The translations under genes and the position numbers were made by a program. The notes under the pieces are model-generated. The model ran no database searches. It was not told the origin of the DNA and saw only the letters and a program-made list of their open reading frames with translations. Of a DNA stretch of 64,000 nucleotides, positions 1 through 13,509 are shown piece after piece; position 1 is the stretch's first letter, and each line of letters begins with the position of its first letter. The DNA comes from Torpedo marmorata (taxonomy: Eukaryota), in assembly GCA_977017645.1 (NCBI GenBank), contig CDRNVU010000047.1, forward strand, positions 310,001 through 374,000, given 5' to 3'.

Positions 1-2776
1 TTTAAAAATAGGCGCGTTTTTCCTCCTCTTAATATTAATTTAGAATTCCATTTATAAATAACTTCTTTCAAATCTTCTCCTATGTTAATTAATTCTATTC
101 TAATCCAAGGAGAACATTTTCCTTAATCAAACGTTTCATTAATAAATTTTATTTGAGCTGCTTTATACTAATTTTGAAAATTGGGAAGTTGTAAACCACC
201 CATTTCATAATCCCAGGTTAACTGCTCCATACCTACTCTGGCCAACTATCCTTTCCACAAAAAATTCCTAATAATCAAATTTAAATCTTTAAAGAATTTT
301 TGAGGAATTTCATAAGGAATTGATTTAAAAAGATATTAAGTTCTAGGAAAAACATATATTTTAATACAATTTCCCTTCCTATTAAAGTGAAAGGTAAGTT
401 CTTCCAACTTTCTAAATCTTTTTTAATATTAATAAATAATGGTAAATAATTTAATTTATATAAATTGGCTAATATCTGCATCTATTTGTATTCCCAAATA
501 TTTAATTCCTTCGTTTGACCATTTAAATTGTGTAATTTCTTTACATTTATTATAGTCCCCTTGTGTCAATGCCATAATTTCATTTTTATCAGAATTAATC
601 TTATAACCAGATATTTCCCCATATTCTCTCAATAAAACTTTCAATTGTATTAAAGAAGTAATAGGTTTTGTCATATAAATCAATACATCATCTGCAAATA
701 AACTAATGTTATGCTCTTCTTTTCCAACTTTAATACCTACAATCTTAATATATTGTCGAATTAATTCTTCTAAAGGTTCTATTGCAAAAATAAACAATGC
801 TGGCGACAAAGGGCCTCCTTGTCTACTTGGCCTAGTCAAGGAATATTTTGAAGTGAATTAATTTGTCCATTCTTGCAGAAGGTTCTTTATATATAGTTTT
901 AATCCAATTAATAAATGTAGTTCCAAAACCAAGTTTTTCCAGTACTTTAAATAATTAATTCCACTCTCATCTATCAAAAGCTTTTTCGGCATCTAATGTT
1001 AGTAGTAGTGCTAATTCTTCTTTCTTTTGTGCCACATTTAATAAACTAATTAATCTAGCTATATTATCTTTTGAATATCTATCTTAATAAAACTTGCTTG
1101 ATCTACATGGATTAAGTCTGATAAATATTTAGCCACTCTATTTGCTAAAAGTTTCGCCATTATCTTATAATCCACATTTAACAATGAAATTGGTCTATAT
1201 GATACTGTTTTCAACACATCCCTATCTTTTTTAGGTATAACTGTGATTATTCCATTTGAAAATGTTTCCGGTAGAGAATGAGTTTCCGTTATTTGTTTTA
1301 ACATCTCCATATATGGAGTTATCAATAAATCCTTAAACTCCTTATAAAATTCTGATGGGAAACCATCCTCCTCCGGAGATTTTTTCCACTCGTTAAAGAA
1401 CTAAGAACATCATTAACTTCCCTCATCGTAAACGATAAATCTAAAAGTTCTTTACTCTCAGTATTTATTCAAGGTAACTTAATTTTAGTTAGAAATTCAT
1501 TAATTTTAGCATCATCTTTATCAGTTTGAGATTTATATAAATTTGAATAAAATTCCTTAAATTAATCATTTATTTCTCGAGGTTTATATGTTATTTTCTT
1601 TGAATGCTTTTTATAGCACTGAAAGATCTGGAAGTTTGTTCTTTCTTTAACTGCCACGCCAACACTTTATGAGTTCTTTCTTCCAAGTCATAATATCTTT
1701 GCTTAGATCTTTCAATTAATTTTTCCATTTTATAGGTTTGTAAGGTATTATAATACAAATTTTTTTCGATAACATTTTTCCTCTTTTCTTCTGATCTCTT
1801 TTTTGGCAAATCCTTCTCCAAAAACTCAATCGCCTTCTCCAAATTATCCACTTCCGAAATATTCCTTCTTAACTTTTGCTGAATAACTTATTATTTGACC
1901 TCTTAAAATAAGCCTTCAGAGCTTCCCAAATAATAAATTTATTATCAATTGAATTAGAATTAATCTGTAAATTTCTTGAATTTCTCTTCTTATATAATTA
2001 CAAATATCCATTATTTTCAATAAAGAAGAATTAAATCTCCACCTATATATATATTTATATATTTTCTTTTTATGGGATTATACATGAAATTAATAGAGGC
2101 GAGAGATCAGAAATTGTTCTTGCTTTGTATTGTGCTTGAGTCACCCTGTCTTCTAATTGTGATGACAATAAAAACATGTCTATTCTGGAATAAGAATCAT
2201 GTCTAAAAGAACAAAAAGAATAATATTTTTCTCTTGGATTCAACTTCCTCCAAATATCTATTAAATTTAAATCTTTTAGCAGTTTTAGTTCTGATAGTTG
2301 ATTTCGATGTTTTATCCATTATTGGATCTAAACAAAAATAAAAAAATCTCCCCACCAATTAAGAAATTATCATTTGCTTCTGAGAAATGCATAACAGAAT
2401 ACTGAATAAATTGTTCATCTTCCATATTTGTCACATATATATTCATAAGTGTCCACATTTCTGAATATATCTGACAATTTATTAAAACATATCTTCCTGC
2501 TACATCTATAACCCCAGATTGTATTTGAAAAGGTAACTTTTTATTAACTAATATAGCAACTCATTTTGCTTCCGAATTAAATGGAGACGCAACCACTTGA
2601 CCAAACCATTCTCTTTTCAACTTCTGATGTTCTATATCTGTCAAATATGTCTCTTGTAAAAAAGCGATATCAACATTAAACTTTTTAATGTATGCTAAAG
2701 TTTCCTTCCTTTTACTCGGATTATTTAGCCCATTTATATTAAAAAATACGACATTTATTAATTTACTATCCGCCAT
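1..2776 (-). mobile_element. Degenerate L1/Tx1-clade LINE ORF2 (APE endonuclease + reverse transcriptase)
   Basis: ORF 2561-2776 has the APE N-terminus (NINGLNNPSKRK, DIAFLQET). RT motifs: YRPISLLNVDYKIMAK (1059-1325), RQGGPLSPALF and LFADDVLIY (456-839). Many stops and frameshifts; runs off the window start. Confidence 0.9.
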
Positions 2777-2964
2777 TTCTTATATTTAATAACTCTCTCT
2801 CCATCAGATCCACCGGCACCCCCTTCCACATTTGTAGTCTATTTGCCATCTCCTAAGAAGGAAAAAGAAAAAAATACAAAGAAAAAAAAATAAAAATACC
2901 ACTATATTTAATACTGGCGTAATTACCCCAGTACTACCACCCTTCATTGTTCGGGAAGTGGCCC

Positions 2965-4015
2965 TAGTCATACATGCAAGGCTTATTGAGAAAGTAAGGA
3001 GGCATGGGATACAATGAACATTGTTTGCGGATCCGTAACTGGCTTGCCCACAGAAAGCAAAGTGTAGTTGTAGACGGGTCATATTCTGCATGGAGGTCGG
3101 TGACCACTGGTGTTCCTCTGGGATCTGATCTGGGACCCTTACCCTTCGATATTTTTATAAATGACATCGATGAGGAAGTGGAGGAAGGGTTAATACGTTA
3201 ACTGATGACAAAAAAGTTTGGGGGTGTTGTGGATTGCGTGGAGGGCTGTCAGATGTTACAGCGGGACATTGATAGGATGCAAAACTGGGCTGAGAATTGG
3301 CAGATGGATAAGTGTGAAGTGGTTCATTTTGGTAGGTCAAATATGATTGCAGAATATAGTATTAATGGTAAGACTATTGTAAGAGTGGAGGATCAGAGGG
3401 ATCTTGTGCTCCGAGTACATAGGTCGCTCAAAGCAGCTGCGCCGGTTGATTCTGTTGTTAAGATGGCATACGGTGTATTGCCCTTCATTAATCGTGGAAT
3501 GAAATTTAAGAGCGGGAGGTCATGTCGCAGCTTTATAGGAACCTGGATAGACCCCACTTGGAGTACTGGGCTCAGTTCTGGTCACCTTACTACCGGAAGG
3601 ATGTGGAAGCCATGGAAAGTGTACAGAGGAGATTTACAAGCATGTTGCCTGGTTGAGTGAGCATTCCTCATGAAAACAGGTTGAGTGATCTCAGCCTTTT
3701 CTTCTTGGAGCGGCGTAGGATGAGGGGTGACCTGATAGAGGTGCTTCAGATGATGAGAAGCATTGATCGTGTAGATAGTCAGAGGAATTTTCCCAGGGCT
3801 GGAATGTTTGCCACAATAGGTCACGGTTTAAGGTGCTGGGGAGTAGGTACAGATGTCAGGGGTATTTTTTTACGCAGAGAGTGGTGGGTGCATGGAATGG
3901 GCTGCCGGCAACGGTAGTGGAGGCGGATACGTTAGGGTCCTTTTAGAGGCTTTTGTATAGGTACGTGGACGTTAGAAATTGTGCTGTAAGTATTCTATGT
4001 TCTCAGTTTCTGTGT
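2965..4015 (+). mobile_element. CR1-clade LINE, RT 3' half and tail
   Basis: VTTGVPLGSDLGPLPFDIFINDID, LQRDIDRMQNWAENWQM, LERRRMRGDLIEV; ends in short ttcta/tgttct repeats. Confidence 0.85.
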
Positions 4016-4689
4016 TCTAAATCATACAATGTCATGCACTTTGAGTGCTTGGCAAAAATACAAAGGGTTGTTTGTGCGTATCACTGATGGTCCAGCGCAG
4101 CGGATATTTCAGTGGAATATTGAACGTTGAATTGGCAACGAAAACAATTGTGTTTTGCGAATTTTGAACGACATCGATCCGGTCTGGGCCGGAGCACCGA
4201 TGAAGCTGTGGTCGGCAGCTTTAGGTAATCATTCAGCCTCTCGTGGTGCAGTTTTTCCGTCACTGGAATTCAATGTTAAAATGGTTTCGGATGTAATAGG
4301 GCAGTGGTTTTGTCATTGCAGCTGCACTGAACAGATCACACATGGACATCATGCACCGCTCTCTCTCCCAGCACAGCGGATACTCACCATGATGTTTTCA
4401 CAATCTAAATATTACCGTTGAAATACCTGTACCCATAATAGCAAGCTGCAACAATGACCATAACGGGATGACGAAGGTAAACGCTAATGTTGCGCGGCAG
4501 TAACGATCGATCAATGTCGACACATTTTCTGTAAAATTAATTTAACCGGCGGGAGCACTGGTGTGGGGTATCCAACTTCAACTTTAACGTGGTGTTGGGA
4601 CTGACCAGGTGACGGTATGAACGGGCTGACTGCGCCGGGACTTCAACAATAATTTTCGACTATGTCGGCGTATCAGTAAGAGCGGAGCT

Positions 4690-5010
4690 ATATGGGAGGG
4701 GAGACTCGGACAAGAGGGTAAAATTTCAGGATTGAAGGGCGCCCACTGAGAACAGAGATGGGGCGGAGTGTCTTTATCCAGAGGGGTTTGGACCCCTGCA
4801 ATTTGCTACCTTGTGCGACTGTGAAGGCCAGGTCGTTCTGTGTATTCCAGGAGGAGATTGATCGATATCTGAACAGTCAGGATATCAAGAGTTAAGGGGA
4901 GAAGGCAGGGTAGTGGGGTTGAGTGGGAGAATGGATATGCTCATGGCGGAATGGCGGTGCGGACTCGTCGGGCCGAAAGGCCTACTTCTGCCCCTTTCTC
5001 TTATGGTCTT
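4690..5010 (+). mobile_element. CR1 LINE 3' fragment
   Basis: Decayed CR1 terminal sequence ending gggccgaaaggcctacttctgcccct...tcttatggtctt. Confidence 0.6.
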
Positions 5011-5125
5011 AACAGTATTATTGTTATATTTCTTGACGAAGGAACATTGTGCCATTGGATTTAAAAATGCAGTGATGCAGAAAATATGTCTTTGTTTGTT
5101 CGGCAGCGATAATTAACACCAATTA

Positions 5126-5172
5126 TGATGCAAGTTGTTTTCAACATCAGGTATGAATTTGTTCTATAAAAA
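5126..5172 (+). promoter_or_regulatory. Candidate promoter elements upstream of orphan GPCR exon 1 (TGATGCAAG; TATAAAAA)
   Basis: TGATGCAAG at 5126-5134 and TATAAAAA at 5165-5172, about 270 bp upstream of ATG 5438. Short motifs that may be chance. Confidence 0.25.
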
Positions 5173-5437
5173 GGTGCAACTCGGCGTCTGAACATTACTT
5201 CGAACTGAACCAACAGGACACAAAGACCTCGAAATCTTTCGCAAAGGAGGATCGGAGGATCTGTTAATTGATGCAGTTGCCAGGAATTCAATAAAGATAT
5301 TTTACTTTGTTTTTGGCAGTTTCTTTCTGACGTTCATTGTATTTGTAGAATACGAATTATTTTCGTTGTATCCAGATTTCCAAACTGAGTGCTTCCTCTC
5401 GTGCGACAAGCATCGGAACTTCCACAGGCAATACAGA

Positions 5438-5492
5438 ATGAGAGAGTACACAAATGTTCTTTACCCACTTATCACAGTCATCGGCATCCCTG
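5438..5492 (+). CDS. Exon 1 of a GPR139/GPR142-like GPCR (orphan; exon-2 partner uncertain)
   Basis: MREYTNVLYPLITVIGIP then G|GTAAGT (phase-1 donor at 5493). Aligns with exon 1 of the minus-strand paralog (YVARIYFPVIAAVGIP G|GTAAGA) at the identical intron position and phase. Confidence 0.7.
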
Positions 5493-6499
5493 GTAAGTAT
5501 GTCCCGCCACCGGGTAATTGTTGGGAATTCCGAGGTCCGGCTGTTCCTGTTGATGTGTCCATTGTGCTTCGTGTATTTGAGCCGTCATTTGTGGTTGTCA
5601 TTTCGTCCACCAACAGCGGGCGTCCAGTGACTGGTGGGTTCGCTGTGTATTTCTCCCAATGTGATATGTGGTATTTTTCAAAATGAACTCATTTATTTCG
5701 CTGAGTTCCGAGCAGAAGGCAGCGGTTCACTTTAAATTAATTGAACTGCAAAGTTTCAGCTCGTTGTCCAGGGATTTCCACGGAACATTCGGACCGGTTC
5801 CCACAATTGCCGGGTGCTGCGGTGCGATCACGTTTAATTATTTGAAGGACTTTCGCGTTTTTGTTGGGTCTTCAAAATGCAGCGAGTCAGCTGGAACATC
5901 CCCTGTCCGCAGCAACGTTAGTTTCCATCCAGGAAGATTCTCAATCCATCAAAGATATGCTCGTAATTAATCCGGTTCAGACAGAACACTGCTGACTTTA
6001 CACATTCCCGCATCGAATGCAAGTTTTGAACAGTTCATTTTCCCTATTTTTCAATATATTCTCTGGATATGGATGTCGATGACGATAGCGATATTCATTA
6101 TACATTCCAGTGTATCCCTGAACTCAGGATTCAGTTAAGAGGCATTCCTGTTGGTGAGTGCACAGCCAGGTGTACGCCAGAATGTTAAATCCGGTAGATT
6201 TCTTCCGTTAACGAAGCTGTGTTAAAATGTGTGAATTTTGGAAATCGCATGGATTAATGTTCACGGTCACAGACATTAACGTTCTTGAATGTGCACCCCC
6301 TCTTTGTCAAAGTTGTATTTTATCTCTGAGCCCTGGGTCGATAACCATCGTAATGTCACAGTCTTCTTCCACCAGAGTTGCTCCCCCCAGCAATTGATAA
6401 ACTGTTCAAGTTGAACTGTCAATCATGATCTGTCGAATAATATCATCAGCAATATTTATAACCAAAGTGTGATTTTGTATTTTTATTCAGGGGAAAATA

Positions 6500-7290
6500 A
6501 GTTGATCATTTCATTAACCTCCTCTATAAAATCTATAAGATTGGTTTAAAACGTCGAACCACGCACAAAGCCATGTTGAGTATTCATAATCAGTACCTGG
6601 CTATCTAAATGCTTGTATATCCGAATTCGTGGAACACCTTCCAATAATCTACCTACTACTGACTTCTGACTCACCGGACTCTTATTTGAAGGGTTACTTT
6701 TGGGATATTTTTAAGTAACGGAACAGTGAGCAATACCCTATCCCCTGCTACTATATATTGGAGTATTGTGCGTAATTCTGGTCGCCTCACTACAGGAAGG
6801 ATGTGGAGGCATTAGAAAGGGTGCAGAGGAGATTTACTATGAAGTTTAGGGAACATACCTTATGGAAACAGGTTGAGGGAACTAGGCCTTTTATCCTTGG
6901 AACGAAGGAGGATGAGAGGGGACGTGATTGAGGAGTTTAAGATGATAAGGGGCTTTGATCGTGAAGACAGTCAGAGGCTTTTCCCATGGGCCGAAATGGA
7001 TGCTACAAGGGGACACAGGGTTAAGGTGTTGGGAAGAAGGTACAGAGGAAATGTCAGAGGTACGTTTTTTACGCAAAGAGAGGTGGGTGCGTGGAATGAG
7101 TTGACGGCATCGGTGGTGGAGGCGGATTCTATAGGGACTTTTAAGAGACTTTTGGATAGGTTCATGGAGCGCAGAAATATAGAGGGATATAAGTAAGTCT
7201 TTCAATTCCAAGAGTAGTTATTTGTTCGGAACAACGTTGTGGGCCGAACGGCTGTATTGTGCTGCAGTATTTCTCTGATTCTATGATTCT
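6500..7290. mobile_element. CR1 LINE fragments (minus-strand RT piece 6500-6750, plus-strand 3' end 6755-7290)
   Basis: ORF 6873-7196 LLSLERRRMRGDVIEEFKMIRGFDR...FFTQREVGAWNEL; CR1 tail gggccgaacggctgtattgtgctg. Confidence 0.8.
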
Positions 7291-7419
7291 ACTACACCTG
7301 TGGCTAAAGAAATTAAAATATTTCTGCCAGAGCTCCTGAAATTTCTGCACCAGCCACCCTCATGGTCCGATGGAAGATTGCGTCAGGCCCTGGCGATATA
7401 TCCACCCTTTTTTTGTTTT

Positions 7420-7660
7420 AAAAAAATATGTCATGAAGCACGGTAACAGGCCATTTCGGCCCAGGAGTCCGTACCACCCCTTTTACACCCAATTACACAA
7501 CACCCCCGGTACGTTTTCAACGGTGGACGGAAGGCGGAGCCCCCGGGGAAAACCCACGCAGACACGGGAAGAACGTAGAGACTCCTTACAGACAGCGCTG
7601 GATTCGAAACCAGGTCCCAATCGCTGGCGGTGTAAAGACATTGTGCTAACCGTGCTGCCC
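7420..7660 (-). mobile_element. tRNA-derived V-SINE (HE1-like)
   Basis: Reverse complement of the SINE at 40838-41090: B-box ggtttcgaatcc, V-domain gtgtctgcgtgggttttccccggggg, CR1-like tail gggccgaaatggcctgttaccgtgct. Confidence 0.8.
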
Positions 7661-8340
7661 TTTAACCATGCTGTAAGACAGCAAACACATCCTCATCTTC
7701 AATCCGTATAGGTTCCATGACCTCACTTCTTGTTTTCCTTACTTTCCTCGAATCTGTGCCAGTTTCCTGAGCGAATACTGATACAACAAACCCATTTAAG
7801 ATCTCCCGCAACTTTATGGCTCCATACAAAGCCGGTCACTCTTAACTTCAAGGGGACAAATTGTGTTCCTTACCATTCGTTTGCACTTAATATACATATG
7901 GAAACCCTAAGGATTTTCCTTCACATTGTCTGCCGAAGCAACTTCATCTAATCTTTTAGCCTTCCTTCTTTCTTACTTGAGGTGCTTTCTTACATTTTAT
8001 ACACTCCTCATGTACCTCATCTGCTCCGCGATGCATAAACCTGCCAGACACCTCTCTTTTTTTCAGAATAGATCCCCACTTTCGCTCGAAAACAAAATTT
8101 CCCTATGCCTGATAACTTTGCATTTAATCCTGATAGGAACATACAAACTCTATACTTTCAATATTTCACCTTTTATGGTCTTCCACTTACCTCGCACATT
8201 CTTGACCGAAAACAACTTATCTCAACCCGCACATTCTAGATGTTTTCTAATTTCCTCAAAATTGGCCATTCTCCAATTTAGAATCTCAACACTAGGCACA
8301 GACCTATCCTTCTCCATGCTTAACATGAAAATAATGGCAT
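7660..8340 (-). mobile_element. CR1 ORF2 middle fragment
   Basis: Minus strand resembles the CR1 endonuclease-RT linker (also seen at 34400-34900); degenerate. Confidence 0.55.
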
Positions 8341-9550
8341 TTGTCTGTCTGGGTCGGTAGCAGAATGTCGAGCACCGTCGCGCCGAGCACCGGCGCACCT
8401 CAGGGACGTGTGTTCAGCCCGCTCATGTTCACGCTACTTAACCCCGACGGCATCACCATATCCTGCTCCAACAGTGACATCACGTTTGCTGATGACACAA
8501 CAGAAGTTGGTCTCATAAGCAACAACGATGAGTCGCACTACAGTGAAGAGGTGGAAAATCTCGTGAAATAGTGCGAGAGTATAAACCTGAGTCTCAACGT
8601 GGACAAGGCGAAGGAGATGATCTTGCACTTCAGGAGAACGAGGAATGACCAACCTCCACTATACATCAACTGCTCTCTTGTAGAGAGACTAGAGAGCACC
8701 ACGTTCCTTGGAGTTCACTAAACTAGTGACCTATCGTAGGCACTCACCATTTCCTCACTTGTCAGGAAGGCGCAACAGCGACTGCAATTCCTGAGAAGAC
8801 TGAAGCGCGCAAGGCTACCGGCCACCGATATGTCAATAGGAGCTAAACCGAGAGCGTTCTGGCCGGCTGTATCACAATGTGGGACGGTTGCTGCAGAGAA
8901 ATTGATCGGAGGTCAAGCCACAGGACAATTAGAGTGGCAGAAGGATAACTGGAGTCTCCCTCCCTCCATTGATCTGATCTACGGGGAGCGTTGTTTGAAG
9001 AGGGCGCGCAAAATCACTGAGGACCAATTCTGCCCTGCACACAGAATCTTTCAGCTGCTCCCGTCGGGGAAGATATACAGGAGTATCAGAGCCATCACCA
9101 CCAGGCTAAAGAACAGCTTCTTCCCACGGGCAGTGAGAATGTTGAACGATGAAAGGATCTGCTATCAATCCGAGACTCTCATTTGTANNNNNNNNNNNNN
9201 NNNNNNNNNNNNNNNNNNNNNNNNNNNNNNNNNNNNNNNNNNNNNNNNNNNNNNNNNNNNNNNNNNNNNNNNNNNNNNNNNNNNNNNNNNNNNNNNNNNN
9301 NNNNNNNNNNNNNNNNNNNNNNNNNNNNNNNNNNNNNNNNNNNNNNNNNNNNNNNNNNNNNNNNNNNNNNNNNNNNNNNNNNNNNNNNNNTTGTATCGAT
9401 AAAATGCATGCCCTTCATACCTATTGTTTGTCTGAATGTGTGTTATTTCTCTGTGTCTACACGTTTTGCGCCGAGGACCGGAGAACCTTGTTTCGTCGGG
9501 TTGTATTTGCACAATCAGATGACAATAAAGTGGACGACTCAACTTGACAT
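8341..9550 (+). mobile_element. Rex1/Babar-clade LINE, RT and 3' UTR (interrupted by assembly gap)
   Basis: STGAPQGRVFSPLMF, FADDTTEVGLISNNDESHY, FQLLPSGKIYRSIRAITTRLKNSFFPRAVR; tail gatgacaataaag at about 9518-9530. Confidence 0.85.
9188..9390. other. Assembly gap (N run)
   Basis: Run of N. Confidence 1.
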
Positions 9551-10385
9551 TATGATCACAGGACCAATATCCTCCCCTACGCATAATTCTGTCACCTGTC
9601 CTGTCCCATTCCCCGATAGCAGATCTAGCATTTCGCACTATATTGTTGGTACCTCCATATATTGATTTAGAAAACTTTCCGGAAAACATTTGACAAACTC
9701 CAAGCCATCTCGCCTTTTTACAGTATTGGAGCCCAAGTCAATATGTGAGTCAAAGTTAAATTCACCTACTTTCACAACATGTTTCCTGCAGCTGTCTGCT
9801 ATCTTTCTACAGATTTGCTCCTCCAAGTCTCGTTGACAATTGTTCGATCTATAATACAACTACATTAGTGTGGTCATACATGTCCCGTTCCTATGATCAT
9901 CGCATAAAACCTCAGTAGACGAGCCCTCTGTTCTGTCCTGCATGAGCACAGCTGTGATATTTTCACGGACGAGCAATGCCGCTCCTCCCCCTTTCATCCC
10001 CCAGCCCGTTCTATCGCGTCTGAAGCAACTGAAGCCCGTAACATTGAGCGGTCAGTCCTATCCCTCCTCCAAGGATGTTTCACGAATGTCCACAATTTCA
10101 TATTTCCACGTGCCAATCCACGCTCTAAGCTCGTGTGTTTTTCTGCAATACTCCTTACATTGAAATAGATGCACCTGAGAAAATTTGCACCGCGCACAAC
10201 ACATTGAATTGTAACGTTACATGCAATTTTCAAATTATATTTCTCCCATCCCATCCTCTATCTGCTCTGGCACTCTGGTTCCCACCCCCCTACAAATCCA
10301 ATTTAAATCTACCCCCTCCCCCCCGAGCAGCACCAGAAAACCTTATCGCAAGGTTATTACTCCCCCTCCAGTTTAGATTTCCGTA
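9550..10385 (-). mobile_element. CR1 LINE endonuclease region
   Basis: LRCIYFNVRSI; YYRSNNCQRDLEEQICRKI...VGEFN...FVKCFPESFLNQYMEVPT. Confidence 0.75.
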
Positions 10386-11765
10386 ATACAACAAATATAA
10401 AATACATCAGCAATATTTCGGGATCGAACCGTTCATGAAGGTATGGAAAAATATCGGCAGGCTCCCTATCAAAATGGTAGGGGGTTGAGGAGGGACCCAC
10501 ACGCAGGAGGTAATAGGTGGATGACGGAGAGAGGGCACAGCAGCAAGCAGGGGAAGGGGCATTGCTCTGTAAATAGAGAGAGAATGTGTGGAGAGCTGAG
10601 GGAAAGAAGACAAAGGGGAAAGGGAAGGTGGGAGAATGATTAGTAGGTTATCAGAAACCGGAGAAATCGATGTTAATGCCATCGGGTTGGAGAGAGCCGA
10701 GACGGAAAATCAAGTGTTGTTCCTCCAATTTACGGGTGGTCTGGGTGGAATAGTACATGACGTCTCGGACAGACATGTGAGCATTGGAGAGGGAGGTAGA
10801 ACTGAAATGGTTGGGCACTGGGAGGTCCCTGTCACTGGTGCAGACAGAGGTGCTCAGCGAAGCGACCTGCCAGTCTGTGCCCAGTCTCTCCGATGTAGAC
10901 AAGGCCACAACGGGAGCAGAAATGCAGTAAATAACTCAAGCGGATACACAAGTAATATGTTGCTTAACTTGAAAATACTGTTTGTGGTGAAAGAGGAGAT
11001 GGCGGCGCAAGTGTGGCACTTCCTGCTGCCACATGGGAAGGTGCTGGGCGGCGATTGGCGGGAGGGATAAGTGGATGTGGGGATCAAAGAGAGAGCGGTT
11101 CCTACGGAAGGCAGAGAAGGGAGGAGGGGGGAAGGTTTGTCTCGTAGTGGGATCATGTTGTTGATGGAGGAAATTACGGAGATAATATGTTGAATGCCGA
11201 GGCTGGTTGGGTTGGAGGTGAGGGTAAGTGGAATCCGTTGTTTGTTACTTCATGGGGTAGAGGGGGTTAGGCCAGATGAGCGAGAACTGTAGGATATACG
11301 GGTAAGGCCTGAATTTATGGTGGTGGAGGGGAGGCCACATTTGTGGAAGTAGTTGGACATTTCAGATGATGTGGACTGGATGACCTAATCTTGGGATCAG
11401 ATGAGGCGGAGATGGAGAAATTGCAAAAAGGGAATAGAATCGTTTCAGGCGAATGGGTGTGAGGAGGTGAAGTCGAGGTACTTGTGGCAGTTATTTGGTT
11501 TTTAAAATATGTCCGTCGAAAGCTTGTCTCCCGATATGGAGACAGAGAAATGAAGAGAGTGTTCTCTGTGATGGACCATGTGAATTTGAGATGGGGGTGG
11601 ATGTTGGCAGCGTAGGAAATGAAGTTGACGAGCTCATCACGAGTGCATGGTGTTGTCGTCAATATAGCGCGGTAAGAAATGAGGGGCTTTGCCTGTGTAG
11701 GCTTGTAGCATGGATTGTTCCACCAAGCCCACAGACAGGCAAGCATAGTTGGCACCCATGTTGGT
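10385..11765 (-). mobile_element. Penelope-like element (RT C-terminal/GIY-YIG region plus terminal repeat)
   Basis: RKLEEQHLIFRLGSLQPDGINIDFS C-terminal motif, HPHLKFTWSI RT motif, FPCGSRKCHTC zinc linker; degenerate. Confidence 0.8.
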
Positions 11766-11800
11766 ACACATTGCTACTCCTTTTATTTGTCGGAATGAGA

Positions 11801-12645
11801 TGTCAAATAGTACGTGCCCCCACTTTTTCAGTTCATTTTCATCTGTGTAGGACAGTCACTTTAAGAGAACAAATTTAGCAAACCCCTGCAGGCTTTGGAG
11901 AGTGACTGTGAACTGACAGCAGGCTGACAGCGTGTTCCTAAATTGGATAAATGTGAAGAGAGAGGAAGGGTCCCTGAAAAAAAACATGTGCAGAGACCAT
12001 GTGACCAACAGATTCAAGACTGAGTACACAGTTTTGCTCTGCGGCTATGTTGAGGAGGCAGTGCTGTGGAGCAGTGCTCATGGAAGTAATAAAGTACTGT
12101 AATGGCCTCGTGTGTGGTTATAGACAATCTTTTTGATTTCCCCATGTTACACGGGAATGAGATGTGGCCATTTTAAGGAGTCCGTACTTGGAAAAGCAAA
12201 CTTTGAAGGGTTACTATGCTGAATGTTGCCCAGTGTGGTGATAGACAATTTGTCTGATTTCTCCAGGTTATAGGGGAATGAGAATACCACTCTGTGACCA
12301 CAAAGTGAAGGTCGCCTTGATCGGCCGACCCGCGGAAAAGGTTCTGGAAGCAGAAGAAATACTGCGTTTTTATTGTGACAATTGTGAGGGTTACTTGAAT
12401 TCTGCTGACACACGGAAAGTGTTTTGGAAGCTTTGTGAGCATCACTCGCTTCGTGTCCCCTTCGCCAAAGAAGAGGTGAGTTTTGGTTGCACTCGTCTAA
12501 AAAGAACATTTCGCTGGAAGCTCCTCGGCAACATTTTTGTGAGTTAATAAACATTCTGTCACCCCCGGTCTCTGCTACCTACTTTTTGAACTGCTTCGCA
12601 TCCATCTAAAGCCTGCATGTCGATAGATTTTAAACCTGCGTGACA
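11801..12645 (+). mobile_element. Candidate LTR (Gypsy-like 5' LTR) followed by PBS-like AAATTGG
   Basis: Inverted termini TGTCA...TGACA, AATAAA near 12546, AAATTGG immediately 3'. Confidence 0.5.
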
Positions 12646-12844
12646 AAATTGGATGGTCCATTGCACAAATGTTGGAACTTGCGTTGGTGTAACAAGCGAT
12701 GAAAAAGGCAGAGATTCAGAAAATTATAGGGCACTGTTATGTAAGAGAAGGGAAGTTTGGAGAGGAGGAGGTTAAACAATTTCTCAAGAGTGAATCACGT
12801 GAGCAGCGGTCACCGGGGGAATAAATTGAATCAGAACAACATAG

Positions 12845-13505
12845 ATTGATAATAAGCAAAAAGTGTATTATTTAATACATTAAACTTTTCTTTCATTCTT
12901 TGAAAATAATAAATTTACAGCTTCAAAACAATCATTTATTTTTTTAATTCCTTTTTGAAACCAAGGTTTAAATAATTGGATGTCAATAGTAAATGGAATA
13001 AGTTTATTTTGATATAAAGGCATTTTCCGAGATTTTAACCCTTATCCTCCTATATCCCCATACATTTTATTCTATATTTATAACAGATGTTTTAAAATAG
13101 GAGAATTATTACCTTTCCTTAAAAATAATATAGAATTCCATTTATAAATAACGTCTTCTTTCAAATCCTCTCCTATATTATTTAATTCTCTTATAATCCA
13201 AGCAGAATATTTTCCTAAATAAACATTTCATTAATAAATTTTAATTGGGCTGCTTTATAATAATTTTGAAAATTGGGAAGTTATAAACCACACATTTCGT
13301 AATTCCAAGTTACTTTCTCCATACCTACTCTGGTCTACTTTCCCTTCCACAAAAATTTACTAATAATTAAATTTAAATCTTTGAAGAATTTTTGAGGAAT
13401 TTCATAAGGAATTGATTGAAAAGGATATTGAATTCTTGGAAAAACATTCATCTGAATAAAAGTTACCCTTCCTATTAAAGTTTTAGGTAAATCAATCCAA
13501 CTTTC
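12845..13505 (-). mobile_element. L1 ORF2 segment (inverted 5' part of an L1 copy)
   Basis: Same family as 1-450 (LIGRV, PQKFFKDLN, LPNFQNYYKAAQ); on the minus strand it ends at KEKFNVLNNTLFAYYQ near 12845. Confidence 0.8.
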
Positions 13506-13509
13506 TAAA

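Noticed and set aside
4380-4530. Hydrophobic minus-strand stretch with a GTGAGT donor as a possible exon
   Set aside because: Stops occur before the donor in the frames checked, and no recognisable family.
12278-12547. FWKLCEHHSLR resembling the FERM C-lobe motif
   Set aside because: Short match only, inside a candidate LTR, with no other FERM exons.
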